Shown here one piece after another: positions 23,842 through 33,477 of a stretch of 64,000 bases of DNA (position 1 is the stretch's first letter; the number at the start of each line of letters is the position of its first letter). Origin of the DNA: Deltaproteobacteria bacterium (GTDB lineage: Bacteria; Myxococcota; Kuafuiibacteriia; Kuafuiibacteriales; Kuafuiibacteriaceae); contig JAVJQW010000038.1 of NCBI GenBank assembly GCA_040218735.1, forward strand, positions 64,001 to 128,000, read 5' to 3'. A model generated the notes under the pieces. The model was not told where the DNA came from and did not search any database. It saw only the letters and a program-made list of their open reading frames with translations. A program made the translations under genes and the position numbers.

Positions 23842-25065
23842 ATGAGGCCACGGAACGACAGCGCATCTCAGCTCCCGACCGCCGAACGGCGGATCGGTGA
23901 TCTGGATCGCTTCGGCCCGTACACCATCATCGAACGCCTCGCCTCCGGGGGCATGGCCGAGATCTACAAGGTCCGGCACGACCAACGCCCCGACGTCACG
24001 CTCGCCCTCAAGTGCATCCGCTCCGACTGCGACGACGACATCGAGTTCCGTCGCATGCTGATGGACGAGGCGAAGATCGCGTCGCACCTCGACCACCCGA
24101 ACATCAACCGCGTCGTCGAGGTCGTTCAACACGGCGACACGCTCGGCCTGATCCTCGAGCTCGTCGACGGCCTCGACCTCGGGCGCATGAAGCGCCACCT
24201 CAAGGACAAGGAGACGCAGCTCCCGCTGGAGGTCGTCATCCACGTCATCCGCGAGGTGCTCGAAGGGCTCGACGCCGCCCACTCCGCGCGCGACGAAAAC
24301 GGAGAGTTCCTCCACGTCGTGCACCGCGACGTGTCACCCGGCAACGTCATGGTCGACGTCTCGGGCCACGTCCGCCTGGTCGACTTCGGCATCGCCCGCG
24401 CGCAGAACCGCCTCGCCAAGACCGAGGCCGGCAACGTGAAGGGCAAGTTCCGCTACATGGCGCCCGAGCAGATCCGCGGCGACGGCGTCGGCGTGCGCTC
24501 GGACATCTACTCCACGGCCATCCTGCTCTGGGAGCTGCTGTCGGGCGTCCGAATCTTCGACGACAGCGGCGTCGCGCAGCTGATGCTCCGCGTCGCGAAC
24601 GCCCACGTCCCGTCGCTCGACGAAGCGCGGCCCGGGATGCCCAAGTCGCTGTTCAAGGTATTCAAGAAGGCCACCGCGCTCGCGCCCGAGGATCGCTACG
24701 CCTCCGCCCGCGCGTTTGCCGAAGCGCTCGACAGCGTCCTGCTCGAGTACGACGCCCTCAAGTGCAAGCGTTACCTCGCGCAGCTCGTCCGTGAGTGCTC
24801 CGAGAAGGACACCCGCGCCGGCTTCTCCCGCGCCGTCGCCCGCGCGCGTTACGCCGCCGAGTCGGACCTCGAAGACGCCATCCTCTCCGCGCTGGAGACG
24901 CCCGACCGCGTCGAGCGCGTCGACCCGCAGGACTCGGTCCAAGCCGAGCCGGCCCACTCGACCGACGTCCGCCTCACGACGGACCTGTCGAACGAGCCGC
25001 CGACCATGCCGATGGCCCGCCCGGTCCGCGCCGACTCCGAGGCGCCGGCCGACGCCAGCCTCTGA
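23842..25065 (+). CDS. Ser/Thr protein kinase (cytoplasmic)
   Basis: LASGGMAEIY, ALK, HRDVSPGN, DFG, YMAPE. Start 23842 or 23809. Confidence 0.92.
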   Translation: MRPRNDSASQLPTAERRIGDLDRFGPYTIIERLASGGMAEIYKVRHDQRPDVTLALKCIRSDCDDDIEFRRMLMDEAKIASHLDHPNINRVVEVVQHGDTLGLILELVDGLDLGRMKRHLKDKETQLPLEVVIHVIREVLEGLDAAHSARDENGEFLHVVHRDVSPGNVMVDVSGHVRLVDFGIARAQNRLAKTEAGNVKGKFRYMAPEQIRGDGVGVRSDIYSTAILLWELLSGVRIFDDSGVAQLMLRVANAHVPSLDEARPGMPKSLFKVFKKATALAPEDRYASARAFAEALDSVLLEYDALKCKRYLAQLVRECSEKDTRAGFSRAVARARYAAESDLEDAILSALETPDRVERVDPQDSVQAEPAHSTDVRLTTDLSNEPPTMPMARPVRADSEAPADASL

Positions 25066-25068
25066 CCT

Positions 25069-26271
25069 GTGCCCGCAGTCGGTCCGTCACGCGCGCGGCG
25101 CACCGCCGCAGCAGGCGCGCTCGTCCTCGCGTCCGTCGCGCTGGTCCTCGTGGTGGCGGAGATCGTCCTTCGGGTGACGGGCACCGTGACGCCGCCGCTC
25201 CGCGTCCGCGACGCGAAGATCGGCGAGCACTACCTGAAGGACTTCGACGAGCGGGTGTACTCCGGCGAGTCGGGTCGTCGCGTGCGGCTGCGCTTCGACG
25301 CCCTCGGCTTCCGCGGTCCCGAGCACCTGCGGGAGCGCGGGCCGAACACCAAACGCGTCGCGGTGATCGGCGACTCGATGGTCGCCGCGCTCGCCGTCGA
25401 GGAGGAGGAGACGTTCGTCGCGCAGCTCGGGACGATGCTCTCCACGCGCACCCCGGAGCGCTGGGAGGTGCTGAACTTCGGTGTCTCCGCGTCGAGCCCG
25501 TCGCAGGGCCTGGTGCTCCACCGTGAGCTCGTCTCCCAGTTCGACGTCGACGTCGTGCTGCTCGCGTTCTTCGTCGGCAACGATCTGTCCGACAGCTCCC
25601 GCGAGCTCGACCACTACCCGCGCATCTACTTCGAGCTCGACGGTGACGACCTCGTCGAGCGCGGCCTGTCGACGTCGCGCAGCAAGGGGAGCTCGTGGCT
25701 CAACCAACACAGTCGTTTCTACGTCTGGCAGAAGCGGCTCGTGAACCGCGCGCTGCACGCGAGCCGCGAGACGGTGTCGGTGCTCCCGCCCGGGTGGTGG
25801 ATCTATTCGAACGAACCGACGGAGCCGGTCGAGAAGGCGTGGACCGTGCTCGAACGGGTGCTCGCGAAGTTCCGCGCGCAGGTGGAGGCGACGGGCGCAC
25901 GCTTCGCGGTGGTGATCCTCCCGTCCGGACGCCAGATCTATCCGAAGCACTTCGAGGCGGTCGCCGCGTTCGAGGGCGCCGAGGCCTTCCGCCCCGAGTA
26001 CGCAGACCGACGCATCGAGCAGATGTGCGAAGTCGCGGAGGTCGAGTGTTTGTCGTTGGTCCCGGCGTTCAAGCGCGCCGCGGACCGCGAACCGCTCCTC
26101 TTCTTCAACGGCACGGGCCACTTCACTCCGGAGGGCCATCACCTCGCCGCGAAGACGATCGCGCCCGGGGTGCTGCGCGTGATCAGCGGTTCAGGCGGAA
26201 GAACAGATAGTCCCCGCCCGTCGTCGGGGTCGAACCCACCGCGACCGGAGGCGACGGCTGCGGACCCGTGA
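25069..26271 (+). CDS. SGNH/GDSL hydrolase family membrane-anchored protein
   Basis: N-terminal TM, IGDSM, NFGVS, FFVGND, GHFTPEGH. Confidence 0.8.
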   Translation: MPAVGPSRARRTAAAGALVLASVALVLVVAEIVLRVTGTVTPPLRVRDAKIGEHYLKDFDERVYSGESGRRVRLRFDALGFRGPEHLRERGPNTKRVAVIGDSMVAALAVEEEETFVAQLGTMLSTRTPERWEVLNFGVSASSPSQGLVLHRELVSQFDVDVVLLAFFVGNDLSDSSRELDHYPRIYFELDGDDLVERGLSTSRSKGSSWLNQHSRFYVWQKRLVNRALHASRETVSVLPPGWWIYSNEPTEPVEKAWTVLERVLAKFRAQVEATGARFAVVILPSGRQIYPKHFEAVAAFEGAEAFRPEYADRRIEQMCEVAEVECLSLVPAFKRAADREPLLFFNGTGHFTPEGHHLAAKTIAPGVLRVISGSGGRTDSPRPSSGSNPPRPEATAADP

Positions 26272-29200
26272 GATCGACGGTCCAGATCTGGACGTCGTCG
26301 TTCACGAGCATGTCGGCCTCGAAGAACAGCCCCGACCCGTCGGCGCGGAAGCCAAACGCGCCGTCACCGGTGTTCACGTCACCGTTCATCGGCATCGGCA
26401 TGGACACCGCCTGCGTGACGTACGGCGGTGCGCTGTCGAGCCGCGTGACGTAGAGGTCGTAGGCGCCGTCCGTCGCGAAGTCGCCGCGTACCGCGAGGTG
26501 TCGGCCGTCGGGTGAGAAGTGGAAGTTCGTCGCGTCGAGCGTAGGGTCGGTCGCCGCCGGTCCCGCGACAGCGACGGTGTACGGCGGCGCTGTGAGCGCG
26601 ACGTAGATCTGGTCGACGCCCTCCGTCGTCATGTCGCCGATGAACGCGATCTTCGTGCCGTCGGGCGACCACTCGAAGGCGAAGCCTTCGCCGGTCGACG
26701 CGTCGAGGTCGCCCTCCGGTTGCATGGAGCTCACGCGAACGGGGGTGGCCGGGAGGGCGCCGGACACGTCGACGATGTACAGCTCGTAGCGTTCGTCGAC
26801 GTCGAGGTCGGCGCGGAACGCGATCTTCGTCCCGGCCGGGTTCCACTTCGCGAAGGTCACGCTGCGGTCGTCGGCGAGCGCGGCGATGGCGCGGACGGGC
26901 GTCGCAAAGGTACCGCCGGCGTAGGTGGCCACCCACAGCTCCTGCGCGCCGTCGTGTTGTTCGTCCGCGAGGTAGAGGACACGCGTGCCGGGCGGGCTGA
27001 ACGCATAGTCGGCGAGGCCGACGTCGTTGCTGTCGCCGTAACCCGGGTTGTTCACGCGCGCGACGGTGGACACCGCGCCGACGAAGCGCGCGAACCACAG
27101 CTCGTCGACGTTGTACGTGTCGAGGTCGCAGCGGAACAGCACGCCGGAGCCGTCGGGCGCCCACACCACGTCGTCTTCGCAGTCCTGCGAGCCCGAGAGC
27201 GTCGCGTGGATCTTGGTGCCGACGGTGGGCGACGCGGGGTTCGACACACGCGTGCGGTACAGCTCGTTGACGCCGCTCGTGTCGAGGTCGCCGAGGTAGA
27301 CGAGCTGGTCGGACGCCGGTGACCAGAAGACGTCGTTCGGCATGACGTCGATCGTGGAGTCGGCCGGGGCGCTGCCGCCGTTGATCAGGATCGGCGCCCC
27401 GGGCAGAACGCGGTTCGTGACGTCGACGAAGAAGAGCTGGTCGTGCCCGGAGACGTTCGGGTCCGCGGTGAACGTGATGTAGTCACTGTTCGGCGCCCAG
27501 TAGATGTCCTGCACGCTCGCGCCCGTCGCGGTGTAGTTGGTGACGTTGACCGCGGAGCCGAAGCTGGTGAGGTCGTAGACGTACAGGTTCGGGTTGCCGT
27601 CGTTGTTGAAGTCACCGATGAACGCGACGGCGGTGCCGTCGGGTGAGAACTGCACCGAGTCGGCGGCGGCCGACGCGTCGCCGGTGCCGGGGGCGTCGGG
27701 GCTGATGCGCGTCATCGCGCCGGGCGTCGCGCCGCAGACGTCGACGAGGAAGACGCTGCGGTCTTCGTCGATCAGCGCGTCCCCGACGAGGACCGCCCAT
27801 CGCTGCACGGCGGGGTCGTCCGCGACGACGACGGTGTACATCTGCGAGACGGTCGCGCCGACCGCGTCCGTGACCGTGAGCGTGAACGTCGCGCTCCCCG
27901 CGTTCGTCGGGCGACCGACGAGCTCGATCGTCGCGGTGTTGGAGGGGCGCATCAGCCAGCCGTCCGGGAGTGAACCGCTGAGGCTCCAGCTGTGCGCGCC
28001 CTGGCCGCCGACGGCGGTGAGGGTGACGCGGTCCGCCGTGCAGATCGTCGCGTTGGGGAGCGTGGTCGGCGTGATCGCAAACGGCGCGGTGACCTCGAGC
28101 GTGAAGTCGGCCTCGGCGCTGAGGCCGCTGGAGTCCGTGACCCGCAGCGTGAGCGGATAGGCACCGCGCGCGCGCGTGGTGCCGCTGATGCGGCCGCTCG
28201 CGAGCGTGAGCCCGGAGGGGAGCGCGCCGGACGCGACGAGCCAGACGTAGCCGCCGCTCCCGCCGGACGCGGCGAGCGCGAGATCGTAGGGCACGCCGTC
28301 GCGCGCGGGGGGCAGCGCGGCGGTGTCGATCGCCAGCGCGTCGCCGACCGCGAGGCTGTAGGCGACGTCTGCGCGTTCGCCGGCTTCGTTCGTGAGCTCG
28401 ACGGTGAAGGGGAACGTGCCGCGCGTCGTGGGGGTGCCAGCGAGGATCGCGGCGGGGCCGTTGTCGACGAGCTCCAAGCCCGGAGGGAGCGTGTCGCCGG
28501 ATCGCAGCGCCCACGTGAAGCGGGTGTCGTTCCCGCCGGAGGCCATGAGCGTCGTCATGTACGCCTCGCCGATCGTCGCGCCGGGGATCGTCGCGGGGGT
28601 GATCGCGAGGACGTCGCTGTCGACGCGGAGCGAGAATGAGCGCTCGCCCCACGCGCCGTCCGCGTCGGTCACGGTGACGGTGAAGTCGAACGTCCCGAAC
28701 TCGGTCGGTGTCCCGGCGATCGTCGTGCTCGGCGTTCCCAAGGCGCCGACGGACAACCCGGCCGGCAGCGCGCCGCTGGTGATCGTCCACGCGTAGTCGT
28801 CGCCGGCGCCGCCCGACGCGGTGAGCGTGGCGTCGTAGCGGGCGCCGAGGCGCCCGTCGGGGAGGGTGTCGGTGACGAGCTGCAGCGTGCCGACCGACAT
28901 GACGTCGAGGGTGTACGTCTGCATCGCGGCGCCGCCCGAGGCGTCCTCGACCCGGACGCGGAACGTGAACGAGCCGACCTCCACCGGGGTGCCGACGATC
29001 GTCGTGGAGGGGGAGCCGGCCGCGGTGATCGACAGGCCCGGCGGGAAGTCACCCGCGTCGACGTACCAGGCGTAAGTGCCGTCGCCACCGGACGCAGTGA
29101 GGTGCGCTTCGTACGGGACGTTCGTCGCGGCGGTGGGGAGAGTCTGCGTGACGATCGCGAGCGCGCCGCCCTCGGGCGTGACGGTGAGCGCCAACGCGCG

Positions 29201-29503
29201 CATCGCGGAGGCGCCGACGGCGTCCTCGACGCGCACCGCGAAGTCGTACGTCCCTTCGACGTAGGGCGTGCCGCGGATCGTGTCGCCCTCCAGCGCGAGC
29301 CCGTCGGGGAGGGTGCCTTCGACGACGGACCACCAGTGCGTGCCGGTGCCGGCCGATGCTTCGAGCGTGAGCTCATAGTCGACGCCGATCGTCGCGGCGG
29401 GGAGCGGCGAGGGCGTGTCGATGCGGAGCGCGGCGCCGCCGCCGCCTCCTTGGCCCCCCGAGCAGGCGACGAGCAGGAGAGGCAAGCACCGGTACCCACG
29501 CAT
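26183..29503 (-). CDS. Lipoprotein with ~6 tandem Ig-like (He_PIG-type) repeats and a TolB/PD40-like beta-propeller
   Basis: Lipobox LVAC; repeats LP.A..G..Y...L.ASGG...Y.W....G.LP.GL......I.GTP...G.F.F.V.V.D; C-terminal W/FSPDG..IAF.GD..LY repeats. Confidence 0.85.
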   Translation of the reverse strand: MRGYRCLPLLLVACSGGQGGGGGAALRIDTPSPLPAATIGVDYELTLEASAGTGTHWWSVVEGTLPDGLALEGDTIRGTPYVEGTYDFAVRVEDAVGASAMRALALTVTPEGGALAIVTQTLPTAATNVPYEAHLTASGGDGTYAWYVDAGDFPPGLSITAAGSPSTTIVGTPVEVGSFTFRVRVEDASGGAAMQTYTLDVMSVGTLQLVTDTLPDGRLGARYDATLTASGGAGDDYAWTITSGALPAGLSVGALGTPSTTIAGTPTEFGTFDFTVTVTDADGAWGERSFSLRVDSDVLAITPATIPGATIGEAYMTTLMASGGNDTRFTWALRSGDTLPPGLELVDNGPAAILAGTPTTRGTFPFTVELTNEAGERADVAYSLAVGDALAIDTAALPPARDGVPYDLALAASGGSGGYVWLVASGALPSGLTLASGRISGTTRARGAYPLTLRVTDSSGLSAEADFTLEVTAPFAITPTTLPNATICTADRVTLTAVGGQGAHSWSLSGSLPDGWLMRPSNTATIELVGRPTNAGSATFTLTVTDAVGATVSQMYTVVVADDPAVQRWAVLVGDALIDEDRSVFLVDVCGATPGAMTRISPDAPGTGDASAAADSVQFSPDGTAVAFIGDFNNDGNPNLYVYDLTSFGSAVNVTNYTATGASVQDIYWAPNSDYITFTADPNVSGHDQLFFVDVTNRVLPGAPILINGGSAPADSTIDVMPNDVFWSPASDQLVYLGDLDTSGVNELYRTRVSNPASPTVGTKIHATLSGSQDCEDDVVWAPDGSGVLFRCDLDTYNVDELWFARFVGAVSTVARVNNPGYGDSNDVGLADYAFSPPGTRVLYLADEQHDGAQELWVATYAGGTFATPVRAIAALADDRSVTFAKWNPAGTKIAFRADLDVDERYELYIVDVSGALPATPVRVSSMQPEGDLDASTGEGFAFEWSPDGTKIAFIGDMTTEGVDQIYVALTAPPYTVAVAGPAATDPTLDATNFHFSPDGRHLAVRGDFATDGAYDLYVTRLDSAPPYVTQAVSMPMPMNGDVNTGDGAFGFRADGSGLFFEADMLVNDDVQIWTVDLTGPQPSPPVAVGSTPTTGGDYLFFRLNR

Positions 29504-29570
29504 GTGGACGAGTGTGGGCCGCTCGTCCACACGGAGGCACCGGAGGAATCGTGACGGATCCTGACGAGGT

Positions 29571-32500
29571 CTAACGCCAAGCCTGGGCGAGCTCGAGGGT
29601 GCGGCGGTTCTCTTCGATGCGCGTGGTGAAGGACAAACGGAGCGCGGCGTCGCCGATGCGGGCCGCGCGTTCGTGGACCGTTTGTTCGGCTTCGGCGATC
29701 GCGGTGCGCGCGCGCTGTGGTTCGCCCATCTGGGAGAGCGCCTCCGCGCGGACGAGGCGCAGGGACACCGACCCTTCCTCGGTCACGCCGACGTCGCCGA
29801 GGAGCGCGAGGCCTTCTTCGGCGACGCGCCACGCGTTCGTCGCGCGGTTCGCGGCGAGCTCCGCCTCTGCGAGGAACGCGAGGGCGACGATGCGAGCCGG
29901 CGGGGAGGGCGCGGCGTCGACGGCGCGGCGCGCGGTCTCGATCGCCGCCGCGATGTTGCCGGCGAGGCGCTCTACCCAAGAGAGCGACGCGAGCGCCCCG
30001 GAGGTCAGGCGTGCGTCGCGCTGGGCTTCGAACACTTCGAGCGCCGCGACGAGGTGACCGCGCGCCTCGTCGAGGCGGCCGAGGCGAATGAGCGGCGACG
30101 CGGCGTCGTACTTCGCGTGCGCGACGAGGTTGGCGAGACCGAGGCGCTCGGCGAGGGCGATCGACTCGGCGAGCGCGCGCTCGCCTTCTTCGAGCGCGCC
30201 GCACTCTCCGGCGTACCAGCCGAGCGTCTTGCGGAGCGCGCAGAGCGTTCGGATGTCCCCTGCCGATTCGAACGCGTCACATGCGACGCGCAGCTCGATG
30301 ACGGCGCGCCCCGGATCCTGAGAGAACGCCCAGCGCGCGGACTGCGCGTGCGCGACGTAACCGCGAAGGAGCGGTGGGCCGCCTTCGAAGCGGTCGAGGC
30401 GATCACACAGCTCGATGGCGAGGGTTCGGTCCCCGAGGATCAACAGCTGCACGGCGGTGATGGCGGTGGCGGCCGCGTACGCGACCGACGACTCCGGCTC
30501 CAGACCGAGCAGCTGCGTGGCGAGCTTTTGCACGAGCTCGAGCTTGCTCATCTTGCTCGCGGACTGCGAGAGCACCCCCACCGCGCGACACCACATCACG
30601 GAGCCCGCGGGGAGGAGGTCCGCCGCGCGCTCCGCGAGCTCGAACGCACGTTCGTAGGCGCCAAGGTGAAAGTGCGCTTGCGCCTGGAGCGCGCGCACCA
30701 CGCCGAGCGGGTGCGCCTGCGACGCGAGGGCTTCAGCGCGTTCGCCGTACTCGACGGTCGCGGCGAAGTCATTGCCGTCCAGCGCTTGCTCCGCGGCGCG
30801 GGTGTAGTGGTCGACGGCGCGCGCCGGCTCCTCTCCCAGCTCGAAGTGTCGCGCGAGGACGACGTCGTCTCGTTCGCCGGCGCGCGCGAGCCAGTCGCCT
30901 GCGAGCCGGTGCGCGAGGCGGCGGTCCTCGTCCGTGAGCATCGCGTAGAGCGCTTCGCGAACGACGTCCTGCGCGAAGCCGTACTCCGCCTCGCCGGTGA
31001 ACCGCGACGACGCACGTTTGACGATCCACTCCTGCTCCGCGAGGAGCGACAGCCACTCTTCGAGGACGGGGTCGACGCGGTCGCCGACGAGGAGCGCCGT
31101 GACGCCCGAGGCGAAGAACGAACGTCCGAACACACTCGCCGCGCGGAGGAGGCGTCGGGCCTGGCCGTCGAGCGCGAGGACACGCGCCTGCACCAATGCG
31201 AGCGCGGTGTCGGGGAGGCCTTCGTCGCGGCCGTCGTGGGCGGCGCGCATCATCTCTTCGATGAGGAGCGGGTGTCCGCCGGCGCGTTCGACGAGGGCGT
31301 CGACGCGGCCCTCGTCGAGATCGTCGAGCACCGCGCGCACGAGCTTCTTGCTCGCGCGCGGCGTGAGCGGGCCGATGCGGACGTGCTGCGCACCGCGTTC
31401 GGCCCACGGGCGTCCGAACGTCTGCTCGACCTCCGGCCGCGCGGTGGCGAGCACCATCAGCGGGACGTCCGGGAGGTAACGGAGCGCGGCGTCGACGAAC
31501 TGCACGGTCGCGCCGTCGCCCCACTGGAGGTCTTCGAGCACGACGAGGAGCGGGTGGACCGCGCACTCGGCGGCGACGAGATCCTCGAACGCCTTCTTCA
31601 TCTGGTCGCCCATGGACAGCGGGTCGCCGCGGGCGGCTTGGACCGCTTCGAGGACCCCGTCCGAGAAGGGCGCGCCGATCATCTCGGCGAGGAGCTGCGT
31701 GACGCGCGTGACCTCGGACTTGTTCACGTGCCGCGCGACGCGCTGTTCGAGGCGGCGGTGACACGTTTGGAGGTCTTCACCGCCGCGGAGGCCGGCGGCG
31801 TCGCGGACGAGGTCGCTCGCCATCGCAAACGGCGACCCGGCACGCACGGCGTCGCCGCGTGCGAACCAGACTTCGACGCGCTCGCCGCGCTCGCGGAGAC
31901 GACGGATCATCTCCTGGCGAACGCGCGACTTACCGACGCCGGGGGGCCCGGTGAGGACGACCGCGCGGGCGACGGGTTCTTCGACGCACGCGTCGAACGT
32001 CGCGACGAGCGAGCCGACCTCACTCGCGCGACCGACACAGGGCGTCTGGCGACCGAGGATCTTGCGCTCGGCGTGTAGCGCATCGCGCTCGCCGATCAAC
32101 ACGTGGCCCGCGAGCGTGCAGAAGATCTCGAAGCGCCCCTCCAGCAGCCCGAAGCTCGACGGATCCAACATGATCGCCGGCCCCAGATCCGCGTGCGCCT
32201 GGACGACCTCCAGCAGCCGCACGGCACGGTCGACCACCTCGCCGCTCGACACGCCGTCGGACGTCGCGCCGCGCCCGGTGGCGAGCACGATCGCCGCCGC
32301 CGGGAACTGCCGACGCAGCTCGAGCGCACACCGCGCGCCCCGGTGGACCTGGTCCGTCGCGGCGGCGCCGACCTCGAACGTTGCGAGCAACGCCCCGCCG
32401 AACAGCACCTCGAAGCGACCGCCCAGCGACTCCACCGCGACGCGTGCGTCGTCGGCGCCGTTGGCTACGTAGCGCCCTGGCGTTGTCACCGGGCGGCTCT

Positions 32501-33449
32501 CGCGTGTCTCGTCGTCCGGGCCGGCCATCCCCGCGCGGTGGGGCGGGACGAGGTCCGTGACGAGAACGACAGACATCGACCGCTGCTCGGCCGACGTGAG
32601 GGTGGGCGTCGCGGTGGGCGCAGAGGCGAAGTCACCGAGCTCGTCGATCTCGGCCGCGACCGCGCGCCCGTCCGCTGGGCGATCGGCGGGGCCCTTCGCC
32701 ATCATCCGGTGCACGAGCGCGTCGACGTTCTCGGGGACGTTCGGCACCCGCTCGGCGAGGCGCGGGGTGCGGTCGAGGACCGACTTCACGAGCGCCGCGA
32801 CGAAGTGCTCGCTCGCGAAGGGGCCGCGTCCGGCGATCAGCTCGAAGACCACGCAGCCGAGCGCGTAGACGTCGGCGCGTGCGTCGACCTCGCCGCCGGC
32901 GCGCGCCTGTTCGGGCGGCATGTACCCGGGCGTGCCGATCGCGACACCGGTCTGCGTGAGCGCGATGGTTGCGTCGCGGGCCGCCGCGACACCGAAGTCG
33001 AGGACCTTCGCCCGCTCGACGTCGTCGCCGACGAGGAAGATGTTGCTGGGTTTGAGGTCGCGGTGAACGACGCCCGCGGCGTGGGCCGAGCCCACCGCGT
33101 CCGCGACCGCGCGCACCACCGCGAGCGCGTCGGCGACCGAGAGCGGGCCGTCGGCGAGGCGCGCCGCGAGGTCGCGTCCTTCGAGCCACTCCATCGCGAG
33201 GAAGCGGCCGCCGAGGGGGGCATCGCCGTGCGCGACGTAACGGACGATGCCGGGGTGTTTCAGCTCGCCGAGCACGCGCGACTCCCGCGCGAAACGTGCG
33301 AGGAGCGCCGGCGCGACCGTGTCGATCAGCTTGAGCGCGACCGGCGCGCCCGTCGCCCGATCGTGGGCGCGGTAGACGGCGCCCATCCCGCCGCGCCCAG
33401 CGCGCGCCTGGATCTCGAAGCGCCCGTCGATGAGGGTGCCGACCTCCAC
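29571..33449 (-). CDS. Ser/Thr kinase fused to STAND-type ATPase and TPR-like repeats
   Basis: GRGGMGAVY, HRDLKPSN, DFG; Walker A GPPGVGKS; Walker B VVLEDLQW; helical C-terminus. Confidence 0.9.
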   Translation of the reverse strand: MEVGTLIDGRFEIQARAGRGGMGAVYRAHDRATGAPVALKLIDTVAPALLARFARESRVLGELKHPGIVRYVAHGDAPLGGRFLAMEWLEGRDLAARLADGPLSVADALAVVRAVADAVGSAHAAGVVHRDLKPSNIFLVGDDVERAKVLDFGVAAARDATIALTQTGVAIGTPGYMPPEQARAGGEVDARADVYALGCVVFELIAGRGPFASEHFVAALVKSVLDRTPRLAERVPNVPENVDALVHRMMAKGPADRPADGRAVAAEIDELGDFASAPTATPTLTSAEQRSMSVVLVTDLVPPHRAGMAGPDDETRESRPVTTPGRYVANGADDARVAVESLGGRFEVLFGGALLATFEVGAAATDQVHRGARCALELRRQFPAAAIVLATGRGATSDGVSSGEVVDRAVRLLEVVQAHADLGPAIMLDPSSFGLLEGRFEIFCTLAGHVLIGERDALHAERKILGRQTPCVGRASEVGSLVATFDACVEEPVARAVVLTGPPGVGKSRVRQEMIRRLRERGERVEVWFARGDAVRAGSPFAMASDLVRDAAGLRGGEDLQTCHRRLEQRVARHVNKSEVTRVTQLLAEMIGAPFSDGVLEAVQAARGDPLSMGDQMKKAFEDLVAAECAVHPLLVVLEDLQWGDGATVQFVDAALRYLPDVPLMVLATARPEVEQTFGRPWAERGAQHVRIGPLTPRASKKLVRAVLDDLDEGRVDALVERAGGHPLLIEEMMRAAHDGRDEGLPDTALALVQARVLALDGQARRLLRAASVFGRSFFASGVTALLVGDRVDPVLEEWLSLLAEQEWIVKRASSRFTGEAEYGFAQDVVREALYAMLTDEDRRLAHRLAGDWLARAGERDDVVLARHFELGEEPARAVDHYTRAAEQALDGNDFAATVEYGERAEALASQAHPLGVVRALQAQAHFHLGAYERAFELAERAADLLPAGSVMWCRAVGVLSQSASKMSKLELVQKLATQLLGLEPESSVAYAAATAITAVQLLILGDRTLAIELCDRLDRFEGGPPLLRGYVAHAQSARWAFSQDPGRAVIELRVACDAFESAGDIRTLCALRKTLGWYAGECGALEEGERALAESIALAERLGLANLVAHAKYDAASPLIRLGRLDEARGHLVAALEVFEAQRDARLTSGALASLSWVERLAGNIAAAIETARRAVDAAPSPPARIVALAFLAEAELAANRATNAWRVAEEGLALLGDVGVTEEGSVSLRLVRAEALSQMGEPQRARTAIAEAEQTVHERAARIGDAALRLSFTTRIEENRRTLELAQAWR

Positions 33450-33477
33450 TCGAAGGACGAGAGTAACGCGGTCGGCG

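Noticed and set aside
26183-26271. Convergent 3' overlaps (also 37135-37154, 38865-38878, 44878-44939, 54792-54813, 60541-60566)
   Set aside because: Short tail overlaps are common in compact high-GC genomes with few stop codons; no evidence of antisense regulation.
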